From: an uncultured Acidobacteriota bacterium
Lineage (GTDB): Bacteria; Acidobacteriota; Vicinamibacteria; Vicinamibacterales; UBA2999
Length of the DNA: 64,000 bases
Assembly (NCBI GenBank): GCA_963814395.1
Contig: CAWFCS010000004.1
Span: 20,862-84,861 of the forward strand
Direction: 5' to 3'
The notes beneath the pieces are model-generated. The model made no database searches. It was given only the letters and a program-made list of their open reading frames with translations, and was not told the DNA's origin. Made by a program: the position numbers and the translations under genes. Below, piece by piece: positions 39,775-52,810 of this stretch. Positions within the stretch are counted from its first letter, which is position 1, and the number at the start of each line of letters is the position of its first letter.

Positions 39775-41193
39775 TCAGCGGAACTGCCAGTGGCGGATAT
39801 CGGCGAAGTGGCCGCGGATGGCGGCCGCGGCCGCCATGGCCGGGCTGACCAGGTGCGTGCGGCCGCCCCGTCCTTGCCGGCCCTCGAAGTTGCGATTGCT
39901 GGTGGAGGCGCAGCGCTGTCCGGGCTGCAGCACGTCGTCGTTCATGCCCAGGCACATCGAGCAGCCCGGCTCGCGCCACTCGAAACCGGCCGCGATCAGC
40001 ACTTCGTGCAGACCCTCGGCCTCGGCGGCGCGTTTCACGGGCTGCGATCCAGGCACGACCAGGGCGCGCACGGACGGCGCCACGTGATGCCCCTTGGCGA
40101 CGCGCGCCGCCTCGCGCAGGTCTTCGAGACGCGCGTTCGTGCACGAGCCGATGAACACCCGGTCGATCGCGATTTCGTCGATCGGCGTGCCTGGGGTCAG
40201 CCCCATGTAGGCCAGCGCCAGCTCGTGACTGGTGCGGGCCGCCGCCGAGGGCTGCGCCGCCGGATCGGGTACCCGTGCCGTGATGGCGGCCACCATGTCG
40301 GGCCGCGTGCCCCAGGTGACGAGCGGCGTGACGGTGGCGGCGTCGATCGTGATCTCGCGGTCGAAGACAGCGCCCGGGTCGGACACGCAGCCGCGCCACC
40401 GCGCGACGGCAGCCGTCCACGCGGCGCCGGTCGGCACGCTCGGCCGGCCCCCGAGGTAGGCGATGGTGGTGTCGTCGACGGCCACCAGGCTCGAGCGCGC
40501 GCCCGCCTCGATGCTCATGTTGCAGAGCGTCATGCGCTCTTCCATCGACAGGGCGCGGACGGCCTCGCCCGCAAACTCGATGGTGTAGCCGGTGCCGCCC
40601 GCACAGGTGAGTTCGGCGATGACGGCCAGCGCGAGGTCCTTGGCGCCCACGCCCACGGGGCGGCGGCCCGTAAGGGTGACCCGCATGGCCTTGGGCCGCG
40701 ACAGCACGAGGCACTGGGTCGCCAGCACATGCTCGACCTCGGAGGTGCCGATGCCGAAGGCGAGGGCGCCGAACGCGCCGTGGGTGGTGGTGTGACTGTC
40801 GCCGCACACGATCGTCATGCCGGGCTGGGTGAGTCCCTGTTCGGGTCCGATCACGTGCACGATGCCCTGCGCCGGCGAGTCGAGGTCGTGCAGCCGGATG
40901 CCGTGCGCCTCGCAGTTGGCGCGGAGGGCGTCGAGCATGGCCACGGCGAGCGCGTCGGTGAGCGGCAGGTGGCGCGGACCGGTCGAGATGTTGTGGTCGA
41001 GGGTGGCCACCGTGAGGTCGGGGCGGCGCACGCGGCGGCCGGCCAGGCGCAGGCCCTCGAAGGCCTGCGGCGTCGTGACCTCGTGAATCAGGTGCAGGTC
41101 GATGTAGACGAGATCCCGTCCGCCGTCGAGCGGCGCGACGACGTGCGCGTCCCAGAGCTTGTCGACCAGCGTGCGCGGCGCGCTAGACGCCAT
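39775..41193 (-). CDS. leuC: 3-isopropylmalate dehydratase large subunit
   Basis: [54 protein letters not shown] and NRNFEGRQG are aconitase-family motifs. Confidence 0.95.
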   Translation of the reverse strand: MASSAPRTLVDKLWDAHVVAPLDGGRDLVYIDLHLIHEVTTPQAFEGLRLAGRRVRRPDLTVATLDHNISTGPRHLPLTDALAVAMLDALRANCEAHGIRLHDLDSPAQGIVHVIGPEQGLTQPGMTIVCGDSHTTTHGAFGALAFGIGTSEVEHVLATQCLVLSRPKAMRVTLTGRRPVGVGAKDLALAVIAELTCAGGTGYTIEFAGEAVRALSMEERMTLCNMSIEAGARSSLVAVDDTTIAYLGGRPSVPTGAAWTAAVARWRGCVSDPGAVFDREITIDAATVTPLVTWGTRPDMVAAITARVPDPAAQPSAAARTSHELALAYMGLTPGTPIDEIAIDRVFIGSCTNARLEDLREAARVAKGHHVAPSVRALVVPGSQPVKRAAEAEGLHEVLIAAGFEWREPGCSMCLGMNDDVLQPGQRCASTSNRNFEGRQGRGGRTHLVSPAMAAAAAIRGHFADIRHWQFR

Positions 41194-42288
41194 GGTACGA
41201 CCAGTGGCGTTCGAGCGCGTCGACCACGGCGCGTTCCACGGCGGCGCCGATCTCGGTCGTGCTGGCGGGCGTGTCACTGGGCCGGGCCAGATCGGCTGGA
41301 CGCAGGCCGTGCGCGAGCACCTCGCGCGTGGCGGCGTCGACCGCATCGGCCTCGCGCGGCATCTTCGCGGTGTAGCGGAGCAGCAGCGCGATGCAGCCGA
41401 TGGCGCCAATCGGATTGGCGATGTTCTTGCCGGCGATGTCGGGCGCGGAGCCGTGCACGGGCTCGTAGAACGCGACCTGGCCGCCGAGGGTGACCGACGG
41501 CAGCATGCCGAGCGACCCGGCGATGACCGCGGATTCGTCGCTCAGGATGTCCCCGAACAGGTTGTCGGTGAGGACGACGTCGAACTCGGTCGGCGCCGTG
41601 GCCAGCCGCATCGCGAACGCGTCCACGTACATGTGCTTGAGGACGACATCGGGATAGTCGTGTCCCACCCGCGTCACGGTCTCGCGCCACAGCCGCGACA
41701 CCTCGAGCACATTGGCCTTGTCGACCGACGTCACGAGGCGGCGGCGCTGCCGCGCTTGCTCGAACGCCACCCGGGCCACGCGCTCCACTTCCGCCACGCT
41801 GTAGCGCAGGGTGTTGAACGCGCTCTGGCCATCGGCGTCGTAGCCACGGGGCTCGCCGAAGTAGAGGCCGCCGAGCAGTTCGCGCACCACCAGCACGTCG
41901 GCGCCGCGCACGCGTTCGCTCTTGAGCGGCGACACGTCGAGCACGGGCTCGAACGCGACCGCCGGGCGCAGGTTGGCGAAGCCGCCAAGGGCCGTGCGCA
42001 AGGCCAGCAGCCCAGCCTCGGGCCGCAAGGCCGGTGGGTGGGCGTCGAAGGCGGGATCGCCCACCGCGCCGAGAAACACGGCGTCGGCCGCCAGGCACGC
42101 GGCGAGCGTGGTCTCGGGCAGCGGCACGCCCGCGGCACGAATGGCCGCGGCGCCGACCGGATGCTCGGAGATATCGACCTTGAGACCGGTGACGGCGGCG
42201 ACGGCGTGCAACACGCGCATCGCCTGGCGTGTGACCTCCGGGCCGATGCCATCACCAGCGAGTGTGACGAGACGTAGTTTCATCGTGC

Positions 42289-42292
<4 letters not shown>
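41183..42292 (-). CDS. leuB: 3-isopropylmalate dehydrogenase
   Basis: [35 protein letters not shown] and [18 protein letters not shown]. The ATG overlaps the leuA stop (ATGA). Confidence 0.95.
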
Positions 42293-43497
<1,205 letters not shown>

Positions 43498-43534
43498 GCC
43501 TGTGATCGAACCCGAATCAATAAAATAAGTCAAG

Positions 43535-43553
43535 ATATTGAGAACTACAATAT
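43535..43553. promoter_or_regulatory. candidate LysR-type regulator box in the leuA/lysR divergent region
   Basis: Perfect inverted repeat ATATTG-N7-CAATAT containing a T-N11-A core. It sits in the only AT-rich stretch of the window (43498-43610). Confidence 0.4.
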
Positions 43554-43573
43554 CCATAAGCCAGACCCGCGCA

Positions 43574-43602
43574 TTGTCGGGGTCGTCGCCCACTCCTAGA
43601 AT
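43574..43602 (+). promoter_or_regulatory. candidate sigma-70 promoter of the LysR gene
   Basis: TTGTCG (43574-43579), a 17-bp spacer, then TAGAAT (43597-43602). The -10 element ends 8 nt before the ATG, which implies a near-leaderless transcript. This is prediction only. Confidence 0.35.
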
Positions 43603-43610
43603 GGAAGATT

Positions 43611-44579
43611 ATGGACATTCACCAGCTCGAGACGTTCCTGGCTGTCGTCGACGAAGGGAGCTTCTCTGGCGCGGCCAAGGCGCTCGGGCGCACTCAGCCG
43701 GCGATCAGTCAGGTGGTAGGACGGCTCGAAGACGAGATCGGCCAACGGCTCTTCGAGCGGCCGGCGCGGCGGGGTGGGCTCACCGACGCCGGCAAGGCCC
43801 TGGTCGAATATGCCCAGCGCCTCATCACCGTGCGTCAGCAGGCGCGCGTGGCCCTCGAAGACGTGCGCGCCCTGCGGGCCGGCCGGCTCACCATCGCCGC
43901 CAATGAGCTGACCTGTCTCTACCTGCTGCCAGTGCTCGACGAGTTCCGCCGCCTCTACCCGGGCGTGAGCGTGACCGTGCAGCGGTCGCTCGCCAGCCGC
44001 GTGCCCGCCAGCGTGCTCGATTACGGCGTCGATCTGGGCGTCGTCACGTATCAACCGCTCGAACCCCAGCTGAAGTCGGTCGTCGTCTACCGCGATGAGC
44101 TGGTCTTCGTGGTGCCGCCCACCCATCCCCTCGTCCGTCGCGCGGAGGTCAGCATCTCGATGCTCGGCAGCGAGTCGTTCGTGGCCCACCACGTGGCGTC
44201 GCCATACCGGGGCCTGGTCCTGGAGGCATTCCGCAAGCACCGCGTGACGCTGCACATGCCGGTGGAGATGCCGACCATCGATGCCATCAAGCGCTTCGTG
44301 GCGTTGGGGCACGGGGTGGCATTGCTGCCCGGGATCAGCGTGGAGGCCGAACTCGGCCGCGGCGAGCTGGTCCGTGTGCCCGTACCGGAACTGGCCCTCG
44401 AACGCCGCCTGCGGCTCGTGATGCGCCGTCATGGCGAGCCGTCGCAGGCCGTGCAGGCGTTCCTGGCGGTGGTCGAACACCACGCCGCGACCGCCAAGGG
44501 GCTGTTCGACTTCGCCTGGGACGCAGGTCCTGTCGCACCCGGGGGCGAGGCCGTCATCGACCCGCGGGGCGAGAAGTAA
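43611..44579 (+). CDS. LysR family transcriptional regulator
   Basis: An N-terminal wHTH (MDIHQLETFLAVVDEGSFSGAAKALGRTQPAISQVVGRLE) plus a LysR substrate-binding domain. It is divergent from leuA. Confidence 0.9.
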   Translation: MDIHQLETFLAVVDEGSFSGAAKALGRTQPAISQVVGRLEDEIGQRLFERPARRGGLTDAGKALVEYAQRLITVRQQARVALEDVRALRAGRLTIAANELTCLYLLPVLDEFRRLYPGVSVTVQRSLASRVPASVLDYGVDLGVVTYQPLEPQLKSVVVYRDELVFVVPPTHPLVRRAEVSISMLGSESFVAHHVASPYRGLVLEAFRKHRVTLHMPVEMPTIDAIKRFVALGHGVALLPGISVEAELGRGELVRVPVPELALERRLRLVMRRHGEPSQAVQAFLAVVEHHAATAKGLFDFAWDAGPVAPGGEAVIDPRGEK

Positions 44580-44616
44580 GATGTCGGCGCCGTGGGCCCT
44601 GTGAGGAGTGACCTGA

Positions 44617-47600
44617 ATGTTCCGATCGTTCGCCGCGATGTCGTTTGCCGTGTTGGCCGCACTCGCGGCCGCGCCGCACGCCCAGACCCCGCCGGTGCCG
44701 CCGGCAGCGGTGGACCCGGCCCTGTTCAGCGAGTTGACCTGGCGCATGATTGGTCCGCACCGCGCCAGCCGTACTCGCGCGATCACGGGCGTCGTACAGG
44801 AGCCGCACACGTTCTACATCGGCGTGTCGAACGGCGGCGTGTGGAAGACGACCGACGCCGGCCGCACCTGGGTGCCGATCTTCGATGGCGCACCCACCGG
44901 ATCGACCGGCGCGCTGGCGGTGGCGCCGTCCGACCCGCGCGTGCTCTATCTGGGCACCGGTGAAGCCCAGCAGCGGCCCGACCTGTCGGTCGGCAACGGC
45001 GTCTACAAATCGACCGACGCGGGCCGCACCTGGACGCACCTGCCGGAGCTGCGCGACACGCAGCAGATCGGCGCGCTCGTGGTGCATCCGACCGATCCGA
45101 ACCGCCTCTTCGTGGCCGCACTCGGGCATCCCTACGGGCCGAACGAGGAGCGCGGGCTCTACCGTTCGGCTGACGGCGGCGCCACCTTCGTGCGCGTGCT
45201 CTTCAAGGACGAGAACACGGGCGCAGTCGATGTCACGCTCGATCCTGACAACCCAGAGGTGGTCTACGCCGCCCTCTGGCAGGCGCGCCAGGGGCCGTGG
45301 GAGAACGGCGACTTCCGCGGACCGGGCAGCGGGCTCTTCAAGTCGATCGACGGCGGCACGACCTGGCGGCAATTGACCAGCGGTCTGCCCGACTGGGAGA
45401 AGAGCCGCGTCGGGCGTATCGGCGTCACGGTAGCGCCCACGCTCAACACCCGCCTGTATGCGGTCGTCGAAGCGCGCCAGGGCGCGGGCATCTACCGGTC
45501 CGACGATGCCGGCGAGCACTGGGTGCGCATCAACAGCGACCCGCGTGTGGTCGCCCGGCCTTCCGATGCGGCCGACATCCAGGTGCACCCGACCCGTCCC
45601 GACGTGGTCTTCGTGCCCACCATCGTGGCGTGGAAATCGCTCGACGGCGGCCGCACCTTCACGGCGTTCCGCGGCGCGCCCGGGGGCGATGACTATCAGG
45701 ACCTCTGGATCAATCCCGGCAATCCCGACGTGATGGCCATGTCGTCGGATCAGGGCGCCGTCATCTCGCTGAATGGCGGCACCACGTGGAGCAGCTGGTA
45801 CAACCAGGCGACCGCGGCGTTCTACCACGTGTCGACCGACAACGCGTTCCCCTACCGCGTGTGCAGTGGCCAGCAGGAGAGCGGGTCGGCGTGTGTGGCG
45901 AGCCGCGGTGACCACGGGCAGATTACGTTCCGCGAGTGGGCGCCGGTGGGCGTGGAGGAATACGGCTACGTGGCGCCCGATCCGCTCGATCCCGACATCG
46001 TCTACGGCGGCAAGGTGAGCCGCTTCGACCGGCGCACCGGGCAGGTGCAGCAGGTCGGCCCTCGGCCGCTGCGTACTGCGGACTACCGCACGGTGCGCAC
46101 CGCGCCGGTGGTCTTCTCACCGGTGAATCCGAAGAAGCTCTACTTCGCCTCGAATGTGCTCTGGCAGACCGTCGACGGCGGTCAGCATTGGGATCAGATC
46201 AGCCCGGACCTGTCGCGCGAGCGCTGGGACACGCCCGCCAACGTCGGCATCTACCGCGGCTCGCCCGAGGCGGCGCCCACGCGGCGGGGCGTGATCTACA
46301 CGATCGCGCCGTCGCCACTCGATGAACGCGTGGTGTGGGCCGGCACCGACGACGGCCTGGTACACGTCACGCGTGACGGCGGCAAGACCTGGGCGAACGT
46401 GACCCCGCCCGAGATCGGGCCGTGGGCCAAGGTGTCGCTGATGGACGCCTCGCACAGTGACGCCGGCACAGCCTACGCGGCCGTGAACACGATTCGCCTC
46501 GACGACGTGCGGCCCCACATCTTCCGCACGCGCGACGGCGGCCGGTCGTGGACGCGCATCGTGACGGGCATTCCCGATGGCGGCATCATCAACGTGGTGC
46601 GCGAGGATGCCAAGCAGCGCGGGCTGCTCTTCGCCGGGTCGGAGCAGGCCGTCTACGTGTCGTTCGACGACGGCGACCACTGGCAGTCGCTGCGCGTGAA
46701 CATGCCCGCCACCTCGATTCGCGACCTCGTGATCAAGGACGACGATCTGGTGGTGGGCACGCACGGACGCTCGTTCTGGATCCTCGACGACATCACGCCG
46801 CTGCGCCAGATCGCCGCCGGCGCACTCGTCCGCCCCACACATCTCTTCACGCCGCAGCCGGCGTGGCGCTTCCGCTGGAACACGAACACCGACACGCCGC
46901 TGCCGCCCGACGAGCCGGCCGGGCAGAACCCGCCCGACGGCGCGATCCTGCACTACCGGCTCTCGTCGCCGGCGACCGAGGTGACGATCGAGATCCTCGA
47001 CCGCGCCGGCGCAGTCGTGCGCCGCTACTCGAGCCGCGACGTGCCCGACCCACCTGTCGAAGGCCGTAACACGCCCGACTACTGGCTCCGTGCGCCGCAG
47101 GCGTTGGGCACCTCGCCAGGGCTGCATCGCTTCGTGTGGGACCTGCGGCATCCGGCGCCGGCCGTGGCCAGCTACTCGTATCCGATTGCCGCCATTGCCG
47201 GGGGCACGCCGCGCACTCCGCAGGGCACGCTCGTGGCGCCGGGCGCCTACACGGCACGGCTGCGCGTCGACGGAGCGGAGTTCAGCGCGCCGCTCACCGT
47301 GCGCATGGACCCGCGCGTGAAGACGCCCGCGGCCGGACTGCAGCTCCAATACGCCACCTCGCGCGCCATCGATGCCGCGCTGGCTCGCGTGGCCGCGGCC
47401 CTGAGGGAGGCGCGAATGGAGGCCGGTGGAGGAGCCCGGGCGGAGGCCGCGAAGATGGCGGCGACGGCGCTCACGCGTGCCCAGGGCGAAGCCACCCAGC
47501 TCTTTGGACAGATAGAGGGCGCCGATCTGCCGCCCACCCCTCAGGTCCTGGCGGCATGGCAGGCGACGGCATCGGCCATCGACGCCGCCATCGCCGCCTG

Positions 47601-47619
47601 GGAGCGGGGGAGGCCATAG
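44617..47619 (+). CDS. secreted BNR/Asp-box repeat protein (sortilin/Vps10-like, often annotated as glycosyl hydrolase)
   Basis: A signal peptide is followed by at least 10 Asp-box motifs of the form S/T-x-D-x-G-x-T-W/F. Examples are TTDAGRTW, STDAGRTW, SADGGATF, SIDGGTTW, SLDGGRTF, TVDGGQHW, TRDGGKTW and TRDGGRSW. GAGGAG ribosome-binding site. Confidence 0.8.
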   Translation: MFRSFAAMSFAVLAALAAAPHAQTPPVPPAAVDPALFSELTWRMIGPHRASRTRAITGVVQEPHTFYIGVSNGGVWKTTDAGRTWVPIFDGAPTGSTGALAVAPSDPRVLYLGTGEAQQRPDLSVGNGVYKSTDAGRTWTHLPELRDTQQIGALVVHPTDPNRLFVAALGHPYGPNEERGLYRSADGGATFVRVLFKDENTGAVDVTLDPDNPEVVYAALWQARQGPWENGDFRGPGSGLFKSIDGGTTWRQLTSGLPDWEKSRVGRIGVTVAPTLNTRLYAVVEARQGAGIYRSDDAGEHWVRINSDPRVVARPSDAADIQVHPTRPDVVFVPTIVAWKSLDGGRTFTAFRGAPGGDDYQDLWINPGNPDVMAMSSDQGAVISLNGGTTWSSWYNQATAAFYHVSTDNAFPYRVCSGQQESGSACVASRGDHGQITFREWAPVGVEEYGYVAPDPLDPDIVYGGKVSRFDRRTGQVQQVGPRPLRTADYRTVRTAPVVFSPVNPKKLYFASNVLWQTVDGGQHWDQISPDLSRERWDTPANVGIYRGSPEAAPTRRGVIYTIAPSPLDERVVWAGTDDGLVHVTRDGGKTWANVTPPEIGPWAKVSLMDASHSDAGTAYAAVNTIRLDDVRPHIFRTRDGGRSWTRIVTGIPDGGIINVVREDAKQRGLLFAGSEQAVYVSFDDGDHWQSLRVNMPATSIRDLVIKDDDLVVGTHGRSFWILDDITPLRQIAAGALVRPTHLFTPQPAWRFRWNTNTDTPLPPDEPAGQNPPDGAILHYRLSSPATEVTIEILDRAGAVVRRYSSRDVPDPPVEGRNTPDYWLRAPQALGTSPGLHRFVWDLRHPAPAVASYSYPIAAIAGGTPRTPQGTLVAPGAYTARLRVDGAEFSAPLTVRMDPRVKTPAAGLQLQYATSRAIDAALARVAAALREARMEAGGGARAEAAKMAATALTRAQGEATQLFGQIEGADLPPTPQVLAAWQATASAIDAAIAAWERGRP

Positions 47620-47637
47620 CGATGGCGCCGCGCCGGC

Positions 47638-49612
47638 CTACTGGCCGGGCGCGGGCGACGGGAACATGGGCGCGCCGGCCGGAGCGGGCACCGGGCCCAT
47701 GATCTGCGCGAGCACGTCCTGTTTGATGCCGATCTTGAGCGACGTCTTGGCCTTGGCCATGTAGGCGCTGAAGAATTTGTCGCGGCGCTGGTTGACCAGT
47801 TCGTCGCGTAGCGCGTCGCGGCCCTCGGCCAGCTGCGCGTCGGTCACGTCGGCCCGCTCGGCCACGCGCGCAATCACGCTGCCGGTGGCGGTGGTGATGG
47901 CGCCGGTGACGCCGCCCACGGGCAGGGCAAAGGCGGCCTTTTCCACCTCGGCGTTGGCGCCGATGTCGGGCAGGGCCGCGCCGCGCGCGATGAGTTCGGT
48001 GGGCTTCACCTCGAAGCCCGCCTTCTTGACCGCCGCGGTGAAGTCGGTGGCCGCCTTGAGGTCGGCGGCAATCGCGCTGGCGCGCGTCTTCAGCAGTTCG
48101 GCGGCCTTGTCGCGCGTGGCATCCTCACGCACGCGGTCGGTCACGTCGGCCAGCGTCGGTAGATACGAATCCTGCTTGCCGGCGGGAGTGGCGAACACCC
48201 AGCCGCGTGACACGCGCATGGCCGGCGTCACCTCGCCGTCCTTCATGGTGAAGGCGCGCGACGCGATGTCGGGCGCGGCGCCGAGTTCGCCAATCGGCTC
48301 GTCGCGCAGGAACAACGGCGATTCCACCACGGCGAGCCCGCGCTCCTTGGCGATCTTGTCGAGGTCGGCGGCCGTCTTGATCGGCGGCCTCCATGGCCTT
48401 GGCCTGCTCCTCGGCGACTTGCTGGGCCTTCTGCCACTTGAGCTGGTCGACGAGTTCGGGCTTCACCTCGGCGACTGGCCGGCTGGTTTCGGGCTGGCTC
48501 TCGACCACCTTGATGATGTGGAAGCCGAAGGTGGTCTTGACGAGCTCGCTGATGTCGCCGGCCTTCATGGCGAAGGCGGCCTGCTCGAACTCCGGCACCA
48601 TCTGGCCGCGTCCGAAGAAGTTCAGGTCGCCGCCGTTCACCGCCGAGCCCTCGTCTTCCGAGTTGGCTTTGGCCAGTGCCGCAAAGTCGGCGCCGGGTGC
48701 CTTGGCCTGCGCGAGCAGGGCTTCGGCCTTGGCCTTGACGGCCGCCTCGTCCTTGCCCTCGGTCTTGAGCAAGATGTGGCTGGCCCGCACGCGGCCTTCG
48801 GTGGTGTATTGCGCCTTGTTCTGCGTGTAGAACGCCTCGACGTCGGCGTCGGGCACCTGCACCGTCTCGCGCACCTTGTCGACTTCGAGCAGCGCGTACT
48901 TCACCTTGCGCTTCTCGCCGATGCGATAGGTTTCCTTGTTGGCCTCGAAACGCGCGGTCAGGTCGGCATCGCTGACCGTGACCTGTCCCTTGAACGCATC
49001 GGCGGTGAGCGCCACGAGCTCGAGCTTCACCTTCTCGTTGCGTTGCTTGAATTCCTGGGCCACGTCGGCGTCGGTCACCGACATCCAGCCGGTCACCGAG
49101 GTGCGCAGCTTCTCGGCGAGAATGGCGCGCCGCAGCTGGTCTTCGAATTCCTTGGTGGACAGGGGCGGATTCTGACCCGAGAGCAGCTGGCGATAGCGCG
49201 TCTCGCCGATGAACGTGCCGTTCTCCATGAACGCGGGCAGCGAGAGGATGCGCTGCCGCACTTCGACGTCGCTCACCGTCAGGTTCTGGCGGCGGGCTTC
49301 GGCGACCATGGCCTGCTCGTCGACGAGGGCCTGCAGAATCTGCTGGTCGATGCCCAGCTGGCGCAGCATCTGCTCGCTGATCTGGCCGCCGTAGGCGTTG
49401 CGGTACTGCTGCATCTGGGCGCTGTAGCGCCGCTGGAACTGCGCCACCGTGACCGTTTCGCCCTCGACGTCGGCGAGCACCTGCTCCCCGGCGAGCGTGG
49501 CCGTGGCGGTGTTGTTCGTCGGCACGAAGAACAGGCCGAAGGCCAGGATGAGCGGGGCCAGGCTCCACTTGAGCCAGGTCTGGTGACGCCGCATCCGATC
49601 GAGCATGGTCAT
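47638..49612 (-). pseudogene. PpiD/SurA-like periplasmic chaperone with a parvulin PPIase domain, one +1 frameshift near 48382
   Basis: The N-terminal anchor is [23 protein letters not shown]. The parvulin core is [44 protein letters not shown]. Reading across GCCGCC-G-ATCAAG joins it to [24 protein letters not shown] of ORF 47638..48330. Confidence 0.8.
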
Positions 49613-49813
49613 GGGTAAGTTCCTTGAACCTCTCATCCTAACAAGGTTGCGCGCTGATTCCCAAACGGCCTGGCGACGGGAGGAGCCGAAAAGTCTGGAC
49701 CACCGTGCAACTGGGCGTCGAACCGGTCTCGAGCCGTGCTATAGTCGCGATCTTAGACAACCGCCGGAACGGGCCTAATTCGCCCCAGACTTCCCCAGTC
49801 TCGGCTGAAGCCA

Positions 49814-50863
49814 ATGCCACCTTCAGCGGCTGCCCGCCCCGACCTCGCCACTCGACTTCGTCACGCTCAGCGGACGCTGAGAACCCGGCTGACCCGGCCC
49901 GATGTTCAACTTGCGCTCATGCGCGCGGCTCACGAAACCCTCGACCCCGAGGAGATCGGCGAACTCGTGGCCACCCACGCCGCGCAGTGGCTCAACGCCC
50001 AGTCGCTCGCGGTGTATGCCGTCGACATGGACGGGCAGGTCGGCCTCATGGCGTCGCGCGGCATGACGACGACCCTCTCGGCGCCGGCGTCCAATGTGAG
50101 CCGCTGGGTGCTGTCGCACGGCCGCGAGTTCACGAGTCCCGATCTGCGGCACGACCTGCGGGTGCGCGGCACAGCTGGCGCCGTGTTCGCGGTGCCGCTG
50201 CGCTGCCGCGGCCGCGTCGTGGCCGCCCTCGTGATCATCGACCGCGCACTCTCGAAGACCGAGCCGCGCCTGCCGGCGGGCGCGGCCGACGCGCTGGCCG
50301 ACGTGCTCGAAGGTCCGGCCCTCGCGCTCGACAACGCGCTCGCCATCCGCCGGGCCGAAGCGCTCTCGGTCACCGACGACCTGACCCAGCTCTACAACTC
50401 GCGCTATCTGAACCAGGTGCTGCGGCGCGAGTCGAAGCGCGCGTCGCGCAGCGGCCGCTCGCTGTCGCTGCTGTTCATCGACCTCGACGGCTTCAAGCGG
50501 GTCAACGATTCGTACGGCCACCTGGCCGGCAGCCGGGCGCTGGTCGAGGCCGCCGGCGTGATTCGCGGCTCGGCGCGCGAAACCGACGTGGTCGCGCGTT
50601 TCGGCGGCGACGAGTTCGCCATCGTGCTGCCGGAAACCGGATCGGAAGGCGCGCTCGGCGTGGCCGACCGCGTGCGGGACCGCGTGCGCGACTTCGTCTT
50701 CCTGGCCGGCGACGGCCTGGAAGTGCGGCTCACGGTGTCGGTCGGCGTTGCGACGCTACCGGATGCCGCCAGTTCGGCCGAAGAGCTGGTACGGGCGGCC
50801 GACGTCGCCATGTATCGCGTCAAGGAATCGGGGAAGGACGGCGTGGCCGTCGCCAACCCCTAG
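49814..50863 (+). CDS. GAF domain-containing diguanylate cyclase (GGDEF)
   Basis: An N-terminal GAF-like domain is followed by DDLTQLYNSRYL..LLFIDLDGFKRVNDSYGH and RFGGDEFAIVL. An RxxD I-site (RETD) lies five residues before GGDEF. Confidence 0.85.
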   Translation: MPPSAAARPDLATRLRHAQRTLRTRLTRPDVQLALMRAAHETLDPEEIGELVATHAAQWLNAQSLAVYAVDMDGQVGLMASRGMTTTLSAPASNVSRWVLSHGREFTSPDLRHDLRVRGTAGAVFAVPLRCRGRVVAALVIIDRALSKTEPRLPAGAADALADVLEGPALALDNALAIRRAEALSVTDDLTQLYNSRYLNQVLRRESKRASRSGRSLSLLFIDLDGFKRVNDSYGHLAGSRALVEAAGVIRGSARETDVVARFGGDEFAIVLPETGSEGALGVADRVRDRVRDFVFLAGDGLEVRLTVSVGVATLPDAASSAEELVRAADVAMYRVKESGKDGVAVANP

Positions 50864-51964
<1,101 letters not shown>

Positions 51965-51966
51965 TG

Positions 51967-52810
51967 ATGGCCCTTGCCGACATCCGCCAACGTCCCGGCC
52001 TCATCCTGGCCGGCGCCATCGCGCTGAATGTCGCCCTCATCTCGCTGCAGGTCACGACCGGGTCGGGCACCACGGTGTTCCACGCCGTCACGTTCGGCAG
52101 CTTCGCCGAGGTGCAGCGCGCGGCCACTGGCGTGGTCGGCAGCGTGCGCGACACCTGGCAGGGCTACTTCGCCCTGCGGCAGGTGCGCAGCGAGAACGAC
52201 GCGCTGCGCGCGCAGCTCGGCGCCCTGCAGGTCGAGCTGCAGATGGAGCGCGCGCGGGCCGAACGCGCCGACGCCTATCGCGACCTGCTGCAGTTCCGGG
52301 CGCGGGTGCCGCTCACGACGACCGGGGCCGAGGTGATTGGCGCCAGCGCCAGTCCGGAGTTCCGCACCGTCACCATCGACAAGGGCACGAGCGACGGCCT
52401 CGCGTCCGACATGGCCGTGGTGGCGCCGGCCGGCGTCGTCGGCCGCATCACCCGGCCGAGCGGCCGCGCCGCGCTCGTGCAGCTCATCATCGACCGCAAC
52501 GCCGCCGCCGGCGCGATCATCGAGCGCACGCGCGTGCAGGGCATCGTCGTCGGGCTGGGCGACGGCACGCTGCGCATGGACTTCGTGGTCGCGACCGGCG
52601 ACGTCGTGGCGGGCGACGCGGTGGTCACGTCGGGCATCGACGGCCTCTATCCGCGGGGCTTCGCCATCGGCACCGTCGTCACGGTGGGGCGGGGCGACGG
52701 CGTGTATCACGAGATCACCGTGCGGCCGTCGGTCGACTTCTTCCGGCTCGAGGACGTGCTCGTCGTCGTGGCGCCGCCGGCGCCACCGAGCCGAGGGCCA
52801 GCCGCGATGA
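51967..52810 (+). pseudogene. mreC: rod shape-determining protein MreC, one +1 frameshift near 52791
   Basis: A transmembrane anchor and coiled coil (ENDALRAQLGALQVELQ) are followed by the beta-barrel region GASASPEFRTVTIDKGTSDGL..MAVVAPAGVVGRI..TSGIDGLYPRGFAIG. The natural stop (TGA at 52808-52810, overlapping the mreD ATG) is reached only after a +1 shift in the last 20 nt. Confidence 0.85.

Noticed and set aside
43498-43610. Leucine-rich leader peptide attenuator upstream of leuA.
   Set aside because: The only upstream in-frame ORF (MDIVVLNILTYFIDSGSITG) has no run of Leu codons and no terminator/antiterminator pair. Regulation by the divergent LysR protein is more plausible.
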